Source of the DNA: Sphingomonadales bacterium
GTDB lineage: Bacteria > Pseudomonadota > Alphaproteobacteria > Sphingomonadales > Govanellaceae
Reading direction: 5' to 3'
Length of the DNA: 64,000 bases
Assembly: GCA_019455285.1 (NCBI GenBank)
Contig: JACFMS010000014.1
Coordinates: forward strand, 9,925 to 73,924
How positions within the stretch are numbered: position 1 is the first letter of the stretch; each line of letters begins with the position of its first letter. Under the pieces are notes generated by a model that was not told the origin of the DNA, searched no databases, and worked only from the letters and a program-made list of their open reading frames with translations. Shown in pieces: positions 29,452 to 39,631 of this stretch. Position numbers and translations under genes: made by a program.

Positions 29452-31884
29452 ATGAAGTCACATGCGCGGGTAGTTGTGATTGGCGGCGGCGTGGTTGGCT
29501 GCTCGGTGCTCTATCACCTGACGAAATTCGGCTGCCGGGACGCGGTACTGTTGGAGCGCAAGGTGCTGACGGCGGGCTCGACCTGGCATGCCGCGGCCGG
29601 CTTTCACGCCTTTAACGGCGATCCTAATATTGCTCGCTTGCAGGCTTATACCATCTCGCTTTACCAGGAAATTCAGGAAGCCGGCGAGCAGAACGTCGGC
29701 CTGCACGTGCCGGGCGGCATCAATCTGGCGGCGACGCCGGAACGCTGGGAGTTTTTGCGCACCGAATGGTCGCGGCATCGCTTCATGGGGCTCGATACCC
29801 ACCTCATCGGCCCCGCGGAGATTAAAAAAATGTGCCCGATCGTCGATGTCGGCGATGTCATCGGCGGGCTCTACGATCCCCACGATGGCCATCTTGATCC
29901 TTACGGCTGCACCCATGCCTACGCCCGGGCGGCGCGCAAGAACGGGGCCGAGATTTACCAGCAGACCAAGGTGGAGGCATTGACGCCGCGCGCCGACGGC
30001 GGTTGGGACGTGGTCACCGATCAAGGCGCCATTTGCGCCGAACACGTGATCAACGCCGCTGGCCTGTGGGCGCGGGAAGTGGGGTCGATGGCGGGGGTGC
30101 GCCTGCCGCTCATCCCCATGGAGCACCATTACCTGATCACCGAAAACATCCCCGAGCTGGAAGCGCTCGATCGGGAAATTCCGGTCACCGTCGATCTCGA
30201 CGGCGAGATTTATCTGCGCCAGGAGCACAAGGGCGTGCTCCTCGGGGTTTATGAAAAGAATTCCACGCCGTGGGCCTTGAACGGCACGCCGTGGTCTTAC
30301 GGCGAAACCGATCTGTTGCCGCCCCACCTTGAGCGCCTGGAAGATAACCTGGTGCAGGGCTTCAAGCGCTTTCCCAGCGTCGGCGCGGCGGGCATCAAGC
30401 GGGTGGTCAACGGTCCCTTCACCTTCACGCCCGACGGGAATCCCTTGGTGGGCCCGGTGCGGGGCCTGCACAATTACTGGGTGGCCTGCGGCTGCATGGC
30501 CGGCTTCAGTCAGGGCGGCGGCGTCGGCCTGGCGCTGGCGCAGTGGATCCTGGAAGGCGAGCCACAGGATAACGTTTACGCCATGGACGTCGCCCGCTTC
30601 GGCGCGTTCGCCACCCCCGCCTACACCGCCGCCAAGGCGCGGGAATTTTACGAGCACCGCTTTTACCTGGCGCGGCCCAACGAGCAATGGCCGGCGGGGC
30701 GGCCGGCCAAGACGACGCCGGTTTACGATCTACAGCAAGCGGCCAATGCGGTATTCGGCGTCACCTATGGCCAGGAAATGGCGCTGTGGTTCGCGCCCAA
30801 GGGTGCACAGCCCAGCGAGACCCCTACCTTCCGCCGCTCCAACGCCTTTCGGCCGGTGGGCGAGGAATGCCGCGCGGTGCGCGCCGGCGTCGGCGTCTTC
30901 GACGCCAGCGGCTATGCCAAATATGACATCAGCGGCCCGGCGGCCGAAACTTGGCTCGATCGTCTGCTGGCCTGCCGCTTGCCAGCGATAGGCCGCGCCC
31001 GCTTGGCCCCCATGCTGGCGCCTTCGGGCCGCCTGATGGGTGATCTGACGGTGATGCGGCTGGCCGCCGACCACTTCATGGTCACCGGCTCGGGTTATCT
31101 TCAAGAATGGCATATGCGCTGGTTTGAGCATCATTTGCCAGAACGCGGCGTTGAGGTGAGCAATGTCTCGGACAGCCTGTTGATGCTGGCCGTCGCCGGG
31201 CCCAAGGCCGCAACGCTGGTTGGCCGCTTGATCGGCGGCGATCATGATCCCGCCGCCATGCCGCTGTTGTCGGTCATTGAGCGCGATATCGGCTTGGCAC
31301 CGACGCGTCTTGCCCGGCTGTCGCTGACCGGCGAGACCGGCTATGAGATTTACGCGCCGAGCCAATATCTGCGCCAGCTCTATGTCCGCTTGCTGGAAGA
31401 AGGCCGAGATCTTGGCATCCGGCCCTACGGCGTGTGGGCGTTGTTGTCGCTGCGGCTGGAGAAAAGCTATGGCATCTGGTCGCGGGAGTTCGCCACCGAG
31501 TACACGCCGCGCATGTGCGGCCTGGATCGCTTCGTCGACTATGGCAAGGCCGACTTCATCGGCCGGGAGGCGGCGCTGCGCGAGCGCGAGGCGACGCCCG
31601 CGCGCCAGCTGGCGACCTTCATTGTCGACGCCAAGGACGCCGATGCCGCCGGCTTCGAGCCAATCTGGATCGGCGAGCGCGTCGTCGGCTACACCACGTC
31701 GGGCGGCTATGGCCATACGGTGGGCGAAAGCTTGGCCATGGGCTATGTGGAAAGCGCCGATATCAGCCCCGACGCGCCCTACGAAATCCACATCCTGGGC
31801 GAGCGCTGCAAGGCGCGGATGATTATGGAACCCGCCTATGACCCCGGTGGCGGTCGGATGCGGCGGAGCGCCGCAGCACGGTAA
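29452..31884 (+). CDS. FAD-dependent oxidoreductase fused to GcvT-like folate-binding domain (dimethylglycine/sarcosine dehydrogenase-like)
   Basis: MKSHARVVVIGGGVVGCSVLYHL Rossmann fold and a GSTWHAAAGF motif. The C-terminal aminomethyltransferase-like domain (GVFDASGYAKYDISG...TGETGYEIY) matches the DMGDH/SARDH family layout. Confidence 0.88.
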   Translation: MKSHARVVVIGGGVVGCSVLYHLTKFGCRDAVLLERKVLTAGSTWHAAAGFHAFNGDPNIARLQAYTISLYQEIQEAGEQNVGLHVPGGINLAATPERWEFLRTEWSRHRFMGLDTHLIGPAEIKKMCPIVDVGDVIGGLYDPHDGHLDPYGCTHAYARAARKNGAEIYQQTKVEALTPRADGGWDVVTDQGAICAEHVINAAGLWAREVGSMAGVRLPLIPMEHHYLITENIPELEALDREIPVTVDLDGEIYLRQEHKGVLLGVYEKNSTPWALNGTPWSYGETDLLPPHLERLEDNLVQGFKRFPSVGAAGIKRVVNGPFTFTPDGNPLVGPVRGLHNYWVACGCMAGFSQGGGVGLALAQWILEGEPQDNVYAMDVARFGAFATPAYTAAKAREFYEHRFYLARPNEQWPAGRPAKTTPVYDLQQAANAVFGVTYGQEMALWFAPKGAQPSETPTFRRSNAFRPVGEECRAVRAGVGVFDASGYAKYDISGPAAETWLDRLLACRLPAIGRARLAPMLAPSGRLMGDLTVMRLAADHFMVTGSGYLQEWHMRWFEHHLPERGVEVSNVSDSLLMLAVAGPKAATLVGRLIGGDHDPAAMPLLSVIERDIGLAPTRLARLSLTGETGYEIYAPSQYLRQLYVRLLEEGRDLGIRPYGVWALLSLRLEKSYGIWSREFATEYTPRMCGLDRFVDYGKADFIGREAALREREATPARQLATFIVDAKDADAAGFEPIWIGERVVGYTTSGGYGHTVGESLAMGYVESADISPDAPYEIHILGERCKARMIMEPAYDPGGGRMRRSAAAR

Positions 31885-31949
31885 AACCTTCGTCGGCTTG
31901 TGCAGTCCGCTCCCCTGCCTTATGGTGCGCGAAAAGGAGGAGGCGGCGG

Positions 31950-32567
31950 ATGACCATCCATTTGCATCACGGCGATCTGCCCGATGGGCTGACGTTCCCC
32001 GGCGGGGCGGCGATCGCCGTCGATACCGAGACCTTGGGCCTTAATCTGACCCGCGACCGCCTCTGTCTGGTCCAGCTTTCCGCCGACGGGGCCGAGTTTC
32101 ACCTGGTCAGGATCGCCGCCGGCCAGTCCGCCGCCCCCAATCTGAAGCGCCTCTTGGAAGACCCGGCGCGGCTGAAGATTTTTCATTATGCCCGGTTTGA
32201 TCTGGCCATGCTCAAGCGCGGCCTTGGCATCGCCGTCGGTCCGGTCTACTGCACCAAGGTCGCCTCGCGGCTGACCCGCACCTATACCGATCGCCATGGC
32301 TTGAAGGACTTGTGCCGAGAGCTCCTGGACGTCGACCTCTCCAAGCAGCAACAGTCCTCCGACTGGGGGGCGAATGCGCTCAGCGAGGCCCAGCTCGCCT
32401 ATGCCGCCGCCGATGTCCAGTACCTGCACGCCTTGCGGGTAAAGCTCGACGGCATGCTCACCCGCACCGGCCGCGACGCCCTGGCGGCGGCCTGCTTCGC
32501 TTTCTTGCCCACCCGCGCCGAGCTCGATCTGGCGGGGTGGGGCGAGGAAGACATTTTTTCTCATTAA
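31950..32567 (+). CDS. rnd: ribonuclease D-like 3'-5' exonuclease (short form)
   Basis: DEDDy motifs: IAVDTETLGL, HYARFDLAML, YAAADVQYL. 205 aa. Usual position upstream of lptC in alphaproteobacteria. Confidence 0.85.
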   Translation: MTIHLHHGDLPDGLTFPGGAAIAVDTETLGLNLTRDRLCLVQLSADGAEFHLVRIAAGQSAAPNLKRLLEDPARLKIFHYARFDLAMLKRGLGIAVGPVYCTKVASRLTRTYTDRHGLKDLCRELLDVDLSKQQQSSDWGANALSEAQLAYAAADVQYLHALRVKLDGMLTRTGRDALAAACFAFLPTRAELDLAGWGEEDIFSH

Positions 32568-32620
32568 TTTTCTCACGAACTGCCGTTTATATTGCTACTA
32601 TGAGGAGTGCGGCATGAGTT

Positions 32621-33403
32621 TTGCTTGCCGCGAACGGTTCGTGTGCGTTCAGGTTGCGAGTGGGGCAGCAGCAGGTGGCTGAAAAAACGTCATCGGGAGA
32701 TAGTCAGACGCCATCCGGGCACGGCAGGCCGTCGCCTGAGGCCGAGGAGCGTTTGGGGCAGTTTTTCTCCGAGCGGCCGGCGGCGGAAGCCGATGAGAGC
32801 GTCACCAGGTGGCTCAAGCGGGGGCTGCCCATCGCCGCCGTGGTTTTGGTGATCGTGGTCGTGCTGTGGCCGATCCTCAATGATACCGGCACCAGCATCA
32901 CCCTGTCCTATGAAGCCGTGCAGCGCCATGGCGAGCAGATTCGCATGGTCGGCGCCAAATATACCGGCACCGACATCAAGGACCGGCCGTTCGAGCTGAG
33001 CGCCGACCTTGCCGTTCAGGAAGGTCCGAAGGCCGAGAAAGTCACCCTGGAGGGGGTGCGGGCCAGTCTCGATACCGGCGAGCGGGGCAAGGTGACGGTG
33101 GCCGGCAAGTCCGGGGTCTATCGGCCCAAGGCGGAAAGGCTGGTGGTCGAGGGCGGCATCGAACTGGCCTCTGATACCGGCTATGTGCTGTCCGCCGAGG
33201 CGGCCGAGGTCGATTTGAAAACCGGCACCGGGCGCAGCGCCACCCCGGTTTCCGGCTCGGCGCCGTTCGGCTCGTTCTCGGCCAACAGCTTCGAAATCAA
33301 TGTCCGCGATCGCTTGTTGAAGCTGGAGGGCGGCGTCAGGGTGCGCCTCAACCCCGGCGAATTGGATAACGTCGACGCCAGCGCCGGCGAGGCCATGGAA
33401 TAA
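32621..33403 (+). CDS. lptC: LPS export system protein LptC
   Basis: Single N-terminal TM (LPIAAVVLVIVVVLWPIL) then an OstA-like beta-jellyroll. Position immediately before lptA-lptB. The TTG start is uncertain. Confidence 0.72.
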   Translation: MLAANGSCAFRLRVGQQQVAEKTSSGDSQTPSGHGRPSPEAEERLGQFFSERPAAEADESVTRWLKRGLPIAAVVLVIVVVLWPILNDTGTSITLSYEAVQRHGEQIRMVGAKYTGTDIKDRPFELSADLAVQEGPKAEKVTLEGVRASLDTGERGKVTVAGKSGVYRPKAERLVVEGGIELASDTGYVLSAEAAEVDLKTGTGRSATPVSGSAPFGSFSANSFEINVRDRLLKLEGGVRVRLNPGELDNVDASAGEAME

Positions 33404-33439
33404 TATCAGGCGGACCTGAAGGAAAAAGGGAAACGTGAG

Positions 33440-34009
33440 TTGATGACAATAGATAACCGAACCATGAAAGCAGTTCTTGTCGCCCTGGCGCTGGCCCCGG
33501 CATTGGCCGGCAGCGCTCCCGGCAGCGACCCGGTTTCCGCTTTGAAAGAACACGATATTCGCCAAGCGATTGACATTTCCGCTGACCGCCTGGAAGTGCG
33601 CACCAAGGATAACGTGGCGGTGTTCGAGGGCCGGGTCGAGGCGGTGCAGGAAGATCTGAAGCTGCAGGCCGACCGCATTACCGTGCACTATCAGTTGCGC
33701 CGCGCCGATAACGCTGATGACCGGCCGCCAGCCATCGCCCGCATCGACGCTACCGGCAACGTGCAACTGTCCTCGCCCAGCGAACGGGTGGCCGGCGACT
33801 GGGGCGTCTACGACATGGAGCAGAAAATCGTCACCCTGGGCGGTTCGGTGATCCTGACCCGCGACAAAACCATGGTGCGCGGCGACCGGCTGCAGGTCAA
33901 TTTAGAGACCGGCGTCACCCGGCTGGAGACGGCGGACGCGGGGGCCGGCGTCGGCGGCGAGCAAGGCCGAGTGCGCGGCCGTTTCGTGCCGGCGGAAAAG
34001 CAGCCATAG
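33440..34009 (+). CDS. lptA: LPS transport periplasmic protein LptA
   Basis: Signal peptide MKAVLVALALAPALAG and an OstA N-domain (ISADRLEVRTKDNVAVFEGRVEAVQEDLKLQADRITVHY...GNVQL). The start may be the ATG at 33464. Confidence 0.85.
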   Translation: MMTIDNRTMKAVLVALALAPALAGSAPGSDPVSALKEHDIRQAIDISADRLEVRTKDNVAVFEGRVEAVQEDLKLQADRITVHYQLRRADNADDRPPAIARIDATGNVQLSSPSERVAGDWGVYDMEQKIVTLGGSVILTRDKTMVRGDRLQVNLETGVTRLETADAGAGVGGEQGRVRGRFVPAEKQP

Positions 34010-34064
34010 GCAAGGCGATCTCTAGGGGGGAACACACACTAAATTTTAAGGCATTACGCGTTCA

Positions 34065-34886
34065 ATGGATGACAACATGACAGCGACGATGACGGCGCAA
34101 GAACGGGGAAGCAAAGCCCTCCCCCCGGCAACGGAAAGCGGCGCGGCGCCCCTAGCGTCGCTGGCCGCTGGGCTGGTCGTGCGCGGCGTCGGCAAGACCT
34201 ATAAGAAGCGGCCGGTGCTGCGCGGCGTCGGCCTGGCGGTGCGACGCGGCGAGGTGGTGGGCCTCCTCGGCCCCAACGGCGCTGGCAAGACCACCTGCTT
34301 TTACACCATCATCGGTCTTATCGCGCCCGATCAGGGGGAGATCGTCTTGGACGGCAAGGCGATCACCGACATGCCGATGTATCGCCGCGCCCGGCTTGGC
34401 ATCGGTTATCTGCCGCAGGAAGCCTCGATCTTTCGCGGCATGACGGTGGAGGACAACATCCGCTCGGTGCTGGAAGTGACCGAACGCGATCGCGAGACGC
34501 GGGAGCAAATGCTGGATGATCTACTGACCGAGTTCGCCATCTCCCACTTGCGGCGCACGCCGGCGGTGGCGCTGTCGGGCGGCGAGCGGCGACGTTGCGA
34601 AATCGCCCGCGCCCTGGCGGCGCGGCCCAGCATCATCCTGCTGGACGAACCGTTCGCCGGCATCGACCCCATCGCCATCAACGACATTCGCGAACTGGTG
34701 CGCCACTTAAAAGACCGCGGTCTTGGCGTGCTGATCACCGACCACAACGTGCGCGAGACCCTGGATATCATCGACCGCGCCTACATCATTCATGACGGCG
34801 CGGTGTTGATGGAAGGAACGCCGTCGGAAATCGTCGCCAACAAGGACGTGCGGCGGGTCTATCTCGGCGAACGCTTCAGCTGGTAG
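34065..34886 (+). CDS. lptB: LPS export ABC transporter ATP-binding protein
   Basis: Walker A GPNGAGKTT, signature LSGGERRRCEIARAL, Walker B IILLDEPFAGID, and the LptB-type C-terminus. Confidence 0.95.
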   Translation: MDDNMTATMTAQERGSKALPPATESGAAPLASLAAGLVVRGVGKTYKKRPVLRGVGLAVRRGEVVGLLGPNGAGKTTCFYTIIGLIAPDQGEIVLDGKAITDMPMYRRARLGIGYLPQEASIFRGMTVEDNIRSVLEVTERDRETREQMLDDLLTEFAISHLRRTPAVALSGGERRRCEIARALAARPSIILLDEPFAGIDPIAINDIRELVRHLKDRGLGVLITDHNVRETLDIIDRAYIIHDGAVLMEGTPSEIVANKDVRRVYLGERFSW

Positions 34887-34895
34887 GTCGAGGTT

Positions 34896-36413
34896 ATGGC
34901 GTTATCTCCAAGACTGGAGCTTAAGCATACCCAGACGCTGGTGATGACGCCGCAGCTGCAACAGGCGATCAAGCTGTTGCAGTACACCAATCTCGAATTG
35001 AACGACTTCGTGGCTCAGGAAGTGGAACGCAACCCGCTCTTAGAGTTCGGCGAAGAGGAAGGCGGCAGCCAAGGCGACAGCCAAAGTGATAGCGAAGCGC
35101 CGCAGCCGGATGCCGAAGGGGCGGCCACCGCCAGCGATATTATGCTCAACGATGGCGCACCGCAGGCCAGCGAGGCGCTCGATACCGACTTTGAGAATGT
35201 TTACAACAACGACGCCGCCCCTGATCGGACCGAAAGCGGGCTGAGCTCAGCTCTGAACGGCGGCAGCGGCGGACGTACGGATTTCAGCGACTCCACCCTC
35301 GACTTTCAGGACAATCTGACAGCCGAGACGACGCTTAAGGATCATTTGGAAAGCCAGCTCGGTCTGGCGGGGTTCACGCCGCCCGAGGAGATGATCGCCC
35401 ATTTCCTCATCGATCTGGTGGATGAAGCCGGCTATATCCGCGAGGAGTTGCAGGGGGTTGCCGAAAAGCTCGACTGCGAGGTTCAGGAGGTGGAGGCGGT
35501 GCTGGCCCGCTTGCAGGAATTCGAGCCGGCCGGCGTGTTCGCCCGCAGCCTGCAGGAATGTCTGGCCCTGCAACTGAAGGAGCGCGACCGCTATGATCCG
35601 GCCATGGCGGCGCTCATGAACAACCTTGATCTGGTGGCGCGGCGGGATATGGCGGCGCTAAAGCGGCTGTGCGGCGTCGACGACGATGACTTGGCCGACA
35701 TGATCCATGAGCTGAAGGCGCTAAACCCTAAGCCCGGGCTCGCCTTTTCCAGCGAAACGGTGCAGGTGGTGGCGCCCGATGTGTTCGTTCGTCGCAGCGC
35801 CAAGGGCAAATGGCAGGTGGAGCTTAACAACGATACCTTGCCCAAGGTGCTGCTCAATGCCCGCTACCACGCCGAGGTTGCCGGCCGGGTCCAAAACAAG
35901 GAAGAAAAAGCCTTTGTTTCCGAGTGCTTAAGCTCGGCCAACTGGCTCGTCAAAGCGCTCGATCAGCGGGCGCGCACGATTTTGAAGGTGGCGAGCGAGA
36001 TCGTGCGCCAGCAGGAGGGCTTCTTCCTCTCTGGGGTGAAGCATCTCAGGCCCTTGAATTTAAAGACCATTGCGGACGCCATCGCGATGCATGAAAGCAC
36101 CGTCAGCCGGGTCACCACCAACAAATACCTGGCCTGCGACCGCGGCCTGTTTGAGCTGAAGTACTTCTTTACCTCAGCCATCCCGGCATCCGGCGACGGC
36201 GAGGCCCATTCGGCGGAAGCGGTTAAGGAGCGTATCAAGGAGTTAATAGATGCGGAGAATCCGGCCGATATCCTGTCGGATGACAAGCTGGTCGAAATCC
36301 TGCGCGGGCAGGAAATCGACATCGCCCGCCGGACGGTAGCCAAGTATCGGGAAGCGCTCAAGATTCCCTCCTCGGTACAGCGCCGGCGGCTGAAATCCTT
36401 AGGCCTGCAGTGA
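34896..36413 (+). CDS. rpoN: RNA polymerase sigma-54 factor
   Basis: N-terminal region I (LELKHTQTLVMTPQLQQAIKLLQ), acidic region II, core-binding region and RpoN box (ARRTVAKYREAL). Confidence 0.97.
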   Translation: MALSPRLELKHTQTLVMTPQLQQAIKLLQYTNLELNDFVAQEVERNPLLEFGEEEGGSQGDSQSDSEAPQPDAEGAATASDIMLNDGAPQASEALDTDFENVYNNDAAPDRTESGLSSALNGGSGGRTDFSDSTLDFQDNLTAETTLKDHLESQLGLAGFTPPEEMIAHFLIDLVDEAGYIREELQGVAEKLDCEVQEVEAVLARLQEFEPAGVFARSLQECLALQLKERDRYDPAMAALMNNLDLVARRDMAALKRLCGVDDDDLADMIHELKALNPKPGLAFSSETVQVVAPDVFVRRSAKGKWQVELNNDTLPKVLLNARYHAEVAGRVQNKEEKAFVSECLSSANWLVKALDQRARTILKVASEIVRQQEGFFLSGVKHLRPLNLKTIADAIAMHESTVSRVTTNKYLACDRGLFELKYFFTSAIPASGDGEAHSAEAVKERIKELIDAENPADILSDDKLVEILRGQEIDIARRTVAKYREALKIPSSVQRRRLKSLGLQ

Positions 36414-36553
36414 AGGTAGCCCCTGCCGCCGGCGGCCAGATGTGCTATGGTGAAGGTTGACATAGTGTAGACCGCCCTCTATCTTGCGCGGCTTTATAAA
36501 ACCCATCTTGTGCTGGGGCGGACTACCACCTTCTTGGGGATGTTGACCTAAAC

Positions 36554-37147
36554 ATGAAAGTCGTCATAAACGGCCATCAGATCAGTGTGGGAGACGCGCT
36601 GCGCTTTCACGTTGACGAAAACCTGAAAACTGTCGTTGGCAAGTACTTTACCAACAGTATCGAAGCGACGGTGACCTTCTCCAAGGATGGCGCGTTCCAT
36701 CGCGCCGATTGCACGGTGCATATCGGCAAGGATCTGTTCTTGCATGCCCGCTCTGACGACGCCGACATCTATGCGGCGTTCAATCAGGCGGTGGAGCGGC
36801 TGGACAAACGACTGCGCCGGTATAAGAACCGCCTTAAGGATCATCATAAACGCCGGCTGGATAGCGCGGCGGACGCCTGGCGGGTTTCCTATTCGGTCAT
36901 TCCGGCGGCGGAAGATCTGCCGGAGGAGGCCAATGGCGATATGAACGGCGGGCCGGTCACCGTAGCGGAATCAACTACACAAATCCCGCGGCTAACCGTC
37001 AGCGATGCGGTGATGCAGCTTGACTTGGCGGATAATCCGGTATTGGTGTTTCGCAACAGCGCGCATGATGAGATTAACGTGGTCTATCGGCGCAAGGACG
37101 GCAATATCGGCTGGATCGATCCCGCCAAACGCAGCAAGGAAGCTTGA
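36554..37147 (+). CDS. hpf: ribosome hibernation-promoting factor (long form)
   Basis: MKVVINGHQISVGDALRFHVDENL...ADIYAAFNQAVERLDKRLRRYK plus a C-terminal dimerisation domain (VVYRRKDGNIGWIDP). rpoN-hpf-ptsN synteny. Confidence 0.93.
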   Translation: MKVVINGHQISVGDALRFHVDENLKTVVGKYFTNSIEATVTFSKDGAFHRADCTVHIGKDLFLHARSDDADIYAAFNQAVERLDKRLRRYKNRLKDHHKRRLDSAADAWRVSYSVIPAAEDLPEEANGDMNGGPVTVAESTTQIPRLTVSDAVMQLDLADNPVLVFRNSAHDEINVVYRRKDGNIGWIDPAKRSKEA

Positions 37148-37152
37148 TCGGT

Positions 37153-37617
37153 ATGGAGATCGCTGACCTCGTCAGCCTGAACGCCGTCATTCCTAAACTT
37201 AAAGCTTCAAGCAAGAAGCAGGCGCTTCAGGAATTATCGTCGCATGCCGCGAAATTCGTCGGCCATCCGGCGCACCAGATTTTTGACGTGCTGCGCGGCC
37301 GCGAGCAGCTCGGCACCACCGGCATCGGCCAAGGGGTGGCCATTCCGCACGGCAAAATCGCCGGTCTTGATAGAATCTACGGTTTTTTTGCCCGGCTGGC
37401 GGCGCCCATCGATTTCGAATCCCTCGACGGCCAACCGGTAGACTTGATTTTCATGCTGCTGGCGCCAGAAACCGCCGGCGCCGATCATCTGAAGGCATTG
37501 GCCCGGGTCTCCCGTCTGCTGCGCGACCAGCGGGTGTGCGATAAGATCCGCGGCTCCAATAACGCCGATGCGATCTATGCCTTACTGACGGAATCTCCCG
37601 CTTCCCACGCCGCCTGA
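37153..37617 (+). CDS. ptsN: PTS IIA-like nitrogen regulatory protein
   Basis: EIIA-Ntr signature with the phosphorylatable His in GIGQGVAIPHGK. ATG at 37153 was chosen over the TTG at 37144, which overlaps the hpf stop. Confidence 0.92.
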   Translation: MEIADLVSLNAVIPKLKASSKKQALQELSSHAAKFVGHPAHQIFDVLRGREQLGTTGIGQGVAIPHGKIAGLDRIYGFFARLAAPIDFESLDGQPVDLIFMLLAPETAGADHLKALARVSRLLRDQRVCDKIRGSNNADAIYALLTESPASHAA

Positions 37618-37631
37618 CAGGCGCTTAGCGC

Positions 37632-37856
37632 CTAGTGCAGCCAGGTGGGGTGCATATTATTTTCCATGGATATCGCCACCGCGGTTTCGAAACTATCGAA
37701 GATCGCCAACTCGCGACCGCTGGCGGCGTGAACGGCAAACCCGGTCGTGCCGTCATGCAGGATCGGTTTGATGTAGACAACGTCGTTCTCACCCAACTGG
37801 GCGAACATTTCCGGCGTCATCCGTTTCAGGTCATGCTGTAAGATTGCCATCACCAT
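37632..37856 (-). CDS. DUF1150 family protein
   Basis: 74 aa; MTPEMFAQLGENDVVYIKPI...GFAVHAASGRELAIFDSFETAV matches my memory of the DUF1150 pattern. Confidence 0.72.
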   Translation of the reverse strand: MVMAILQHDLKRMTPEMFAQLGENDVVYIKPILHDGTTGFAVHAASGRELAIFDSFETAVAISMENNMHPTWLH

Positions 37857-38105
37857 ACTCCACTCGACATCTTAAAGAGCAAGACGACTGACGTCCCCAG
37901 ACGTGCCATCTTCAACCTGCGATGTCGGTGGTTATTCCCTGCGGGAGGGGCGATCCGGACCGGATCGCGGCAGAGTTTGGAACGTCATCTCCTCACAGCG
38001 AGCAAGCCTGACATCGCGTCCGACCGGGGCCCTTTTTGGCGCCTCGCCGAGACTTACCGTCCTTTCGGACCGGCACTTCATAGGTGGGGTCGCGGTCCCC
38101 AGACG

Positions 38106-39515
38106 TCAAGAGAGCGGGGCTTGGGGCTCCGCGGCGACGGCTTTGGGAAGCTGGCCCTCATTGCTTTCCGGTGGCCGCACCCAGCATTCAGTACCGCGTT
38201 CCTTCAGCGTGGCGCACAAGGCGTCGGCCTCGGCGCGGCCGGTCAACGGCCCGGCATTGAGGCGATAATAGAAGCCGCGGGGGTCCTGCTGACGAGCGCC
38301 GAAATCGATCTCGGTGCGGCGCGGCGGCAGGTGGCCGATGATGTCCGCGTTGCGGGTTTTCAGGGTTTCCCATCCGGCCTTGAGTTGGCTGGCCTTGCGG
38401 TAGGCGGCGAGCTGCAGCGCCCAGCCTTGGCGGACGTCAAGGAGCGGGATGTCGCTCAAGTCGGCGTCAGCCTGGTCCGCCGGCGCGGCGGTGGGGACAG
38501 GCTCGGCGGCAGGTTGAGAAGCTGGCTCCGGGGTTGGCTCCGGGGCCGCGGCGACGGCGACTTCCGGCGCTGCCGGCGGCGCGCCGACTACCGCCACGGC
38601 CGCCAGCCGCTGGCCTTGACCGTCGGCGAAGCGCTCATAGCCGGGGGCGTTGAGGTCGCGTTGCGGCAATTTGCCGCCGTTCATGAGGGCATAAAGCCGG
38701 GCCTGCGGCGGCAGGCTGCTTAAGGTGGTGAAGAAAGCCATCTGATGCGCCGTCCGCTCGGCATCGAGGTCAACCGCCAGCAGGCTCGTTGACTTTGCCT
38801 GATCGCCCGCCAGGGCATAGGCCAGGGCGAGGTTTTGCCGCACCCCGGCCCCGCCGCCCTCATCGCGCACGATGGCCTCAAGGACGGCGATGCCGTCCTC
38901 GGGCGCGCCATGGAGCGCCAGCGACAGAGCGTAATTGTTGCGCAGGCGGACATCGCCATCGCTGTCCAGGGCGCGGCGGTAGACCGCGATGGCGTCCTCG
39001 TGCCGGCCTAAAAGATCAGCGCAGAGCGCCTTGCCGCGCAACGCCTCAGGATGGGCCGGCGACAGGGCGAGGGCGGCGTCGAGGACGGAATCGGCCGCCT
39101 CCGGTTGGCCAAGCGCCAGCAGCGCCATGCCCAGACCGGCATGGGCGTCGGCGCTGTCATCATCGGCATCCGCCGCCTGACGGAAGGCGGCCTCGGCCTC
39201 GACATACTGACCGAGCGCCGTCAGCGACCGACCAAGGCCGATGAGGGGCTCGGCATCGCCTGCATCCTTGGCGTGGGCGGCGCGATAGAGCGGCAGCGCC
39301 GCCGCGTGTTCGCCGCGCGCCGCCATGCCGTCGGCCAGGGTCAAAAGGCTGCCTGATTGTCCGGCGGCGGTGGCTTTGGCGCTGCTCACTACCGGCGAGG
39401 TGTGGCTGCAGGCGGCGACCGACAGCACGAGGAGCGCCGCCGCCGCCGTCATGGCAAGACCGCCGGAGCGGGGGACGATCAAGGGAAATAAGCCGCGTCG
39501 CATCGGATTGGTCAT
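38106..39515 (-). CDS. TPR-repeat lipoprotein with C-terminal SPOR domain
   Basis: Lipobox LLVLSVAAC, several TPR units, Pro/Ala linker and a C-terminal SPOR-like domain (WALQLAAYRKASQLKAGWETLK...YYRLNAGPLTGRAEADALCATLK). Confidence 0.8.
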   Translation of the reverse strand: MTNPMRRGLFPLIVPRSGGLAMTAAAALLVLSVAACSHTSPVVSSAKATAAGQSGSLLTLADGMAARGEHAAALPLYRAAHAKDAGDAEPLIGLGRSLTALGQYVEAEAAFRQAADADDDSADAHAGLGMALLALGQPEAADSVLDAALALSPAHPEALRGKALCADLLGRHEDAIAVYRRALDSDGDVRLRNNYALSLALHGAPEDGIAVLEAIVRDEGGGAGVRQNLALAYALAGDQAKSTSLLAVDLDAERTAHQMAFFTTLSSLPPQARLYALMNGGKLPQRDLNAPGYERFADGQGQRLAAVAVVGAPPAAPEVAVAAAPEPTPEPASQPAAEPVPTAAPADQADADLSDIPLLDVRQGWALQLAAYRKASQLKAGWETLKTRNADIIGHLPPRRTEIDFGARQQDPRGFYYRLNAGPLTGRAEADALCATLKERGTECWVRPPESNEGQLPKAVAAEPQAPLS

Positions 39516-39631
39516 TGTTCAGCGGTCCGTGTTGGCGTCAAAACATAAAGCCCGCATCACAGGGCCTGTCCTGACGGTAGCGGAGAAGTCTTTCGATCCC
39601 CTTAAAGATAGGTAAAAAGCCATCCTTGGCT

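Noticed and set aside
37903-38723. Plus-strand ORFs 37903-38268 and 37977-38723 in and next to the SPOR lipoprotein gene. The 250-bp gap 37857-38105 also holds a repeated GTCCCCAGACGT 12-mer (37894-37905, 38095-38106) and the palindrome CGATCCGGaCCGGATCG.
   Set aside because: The ORFs are low-complexity and overlap a supported gene. The short repeats are noted, but I could not build a convincing RNA fold or terminator from them.
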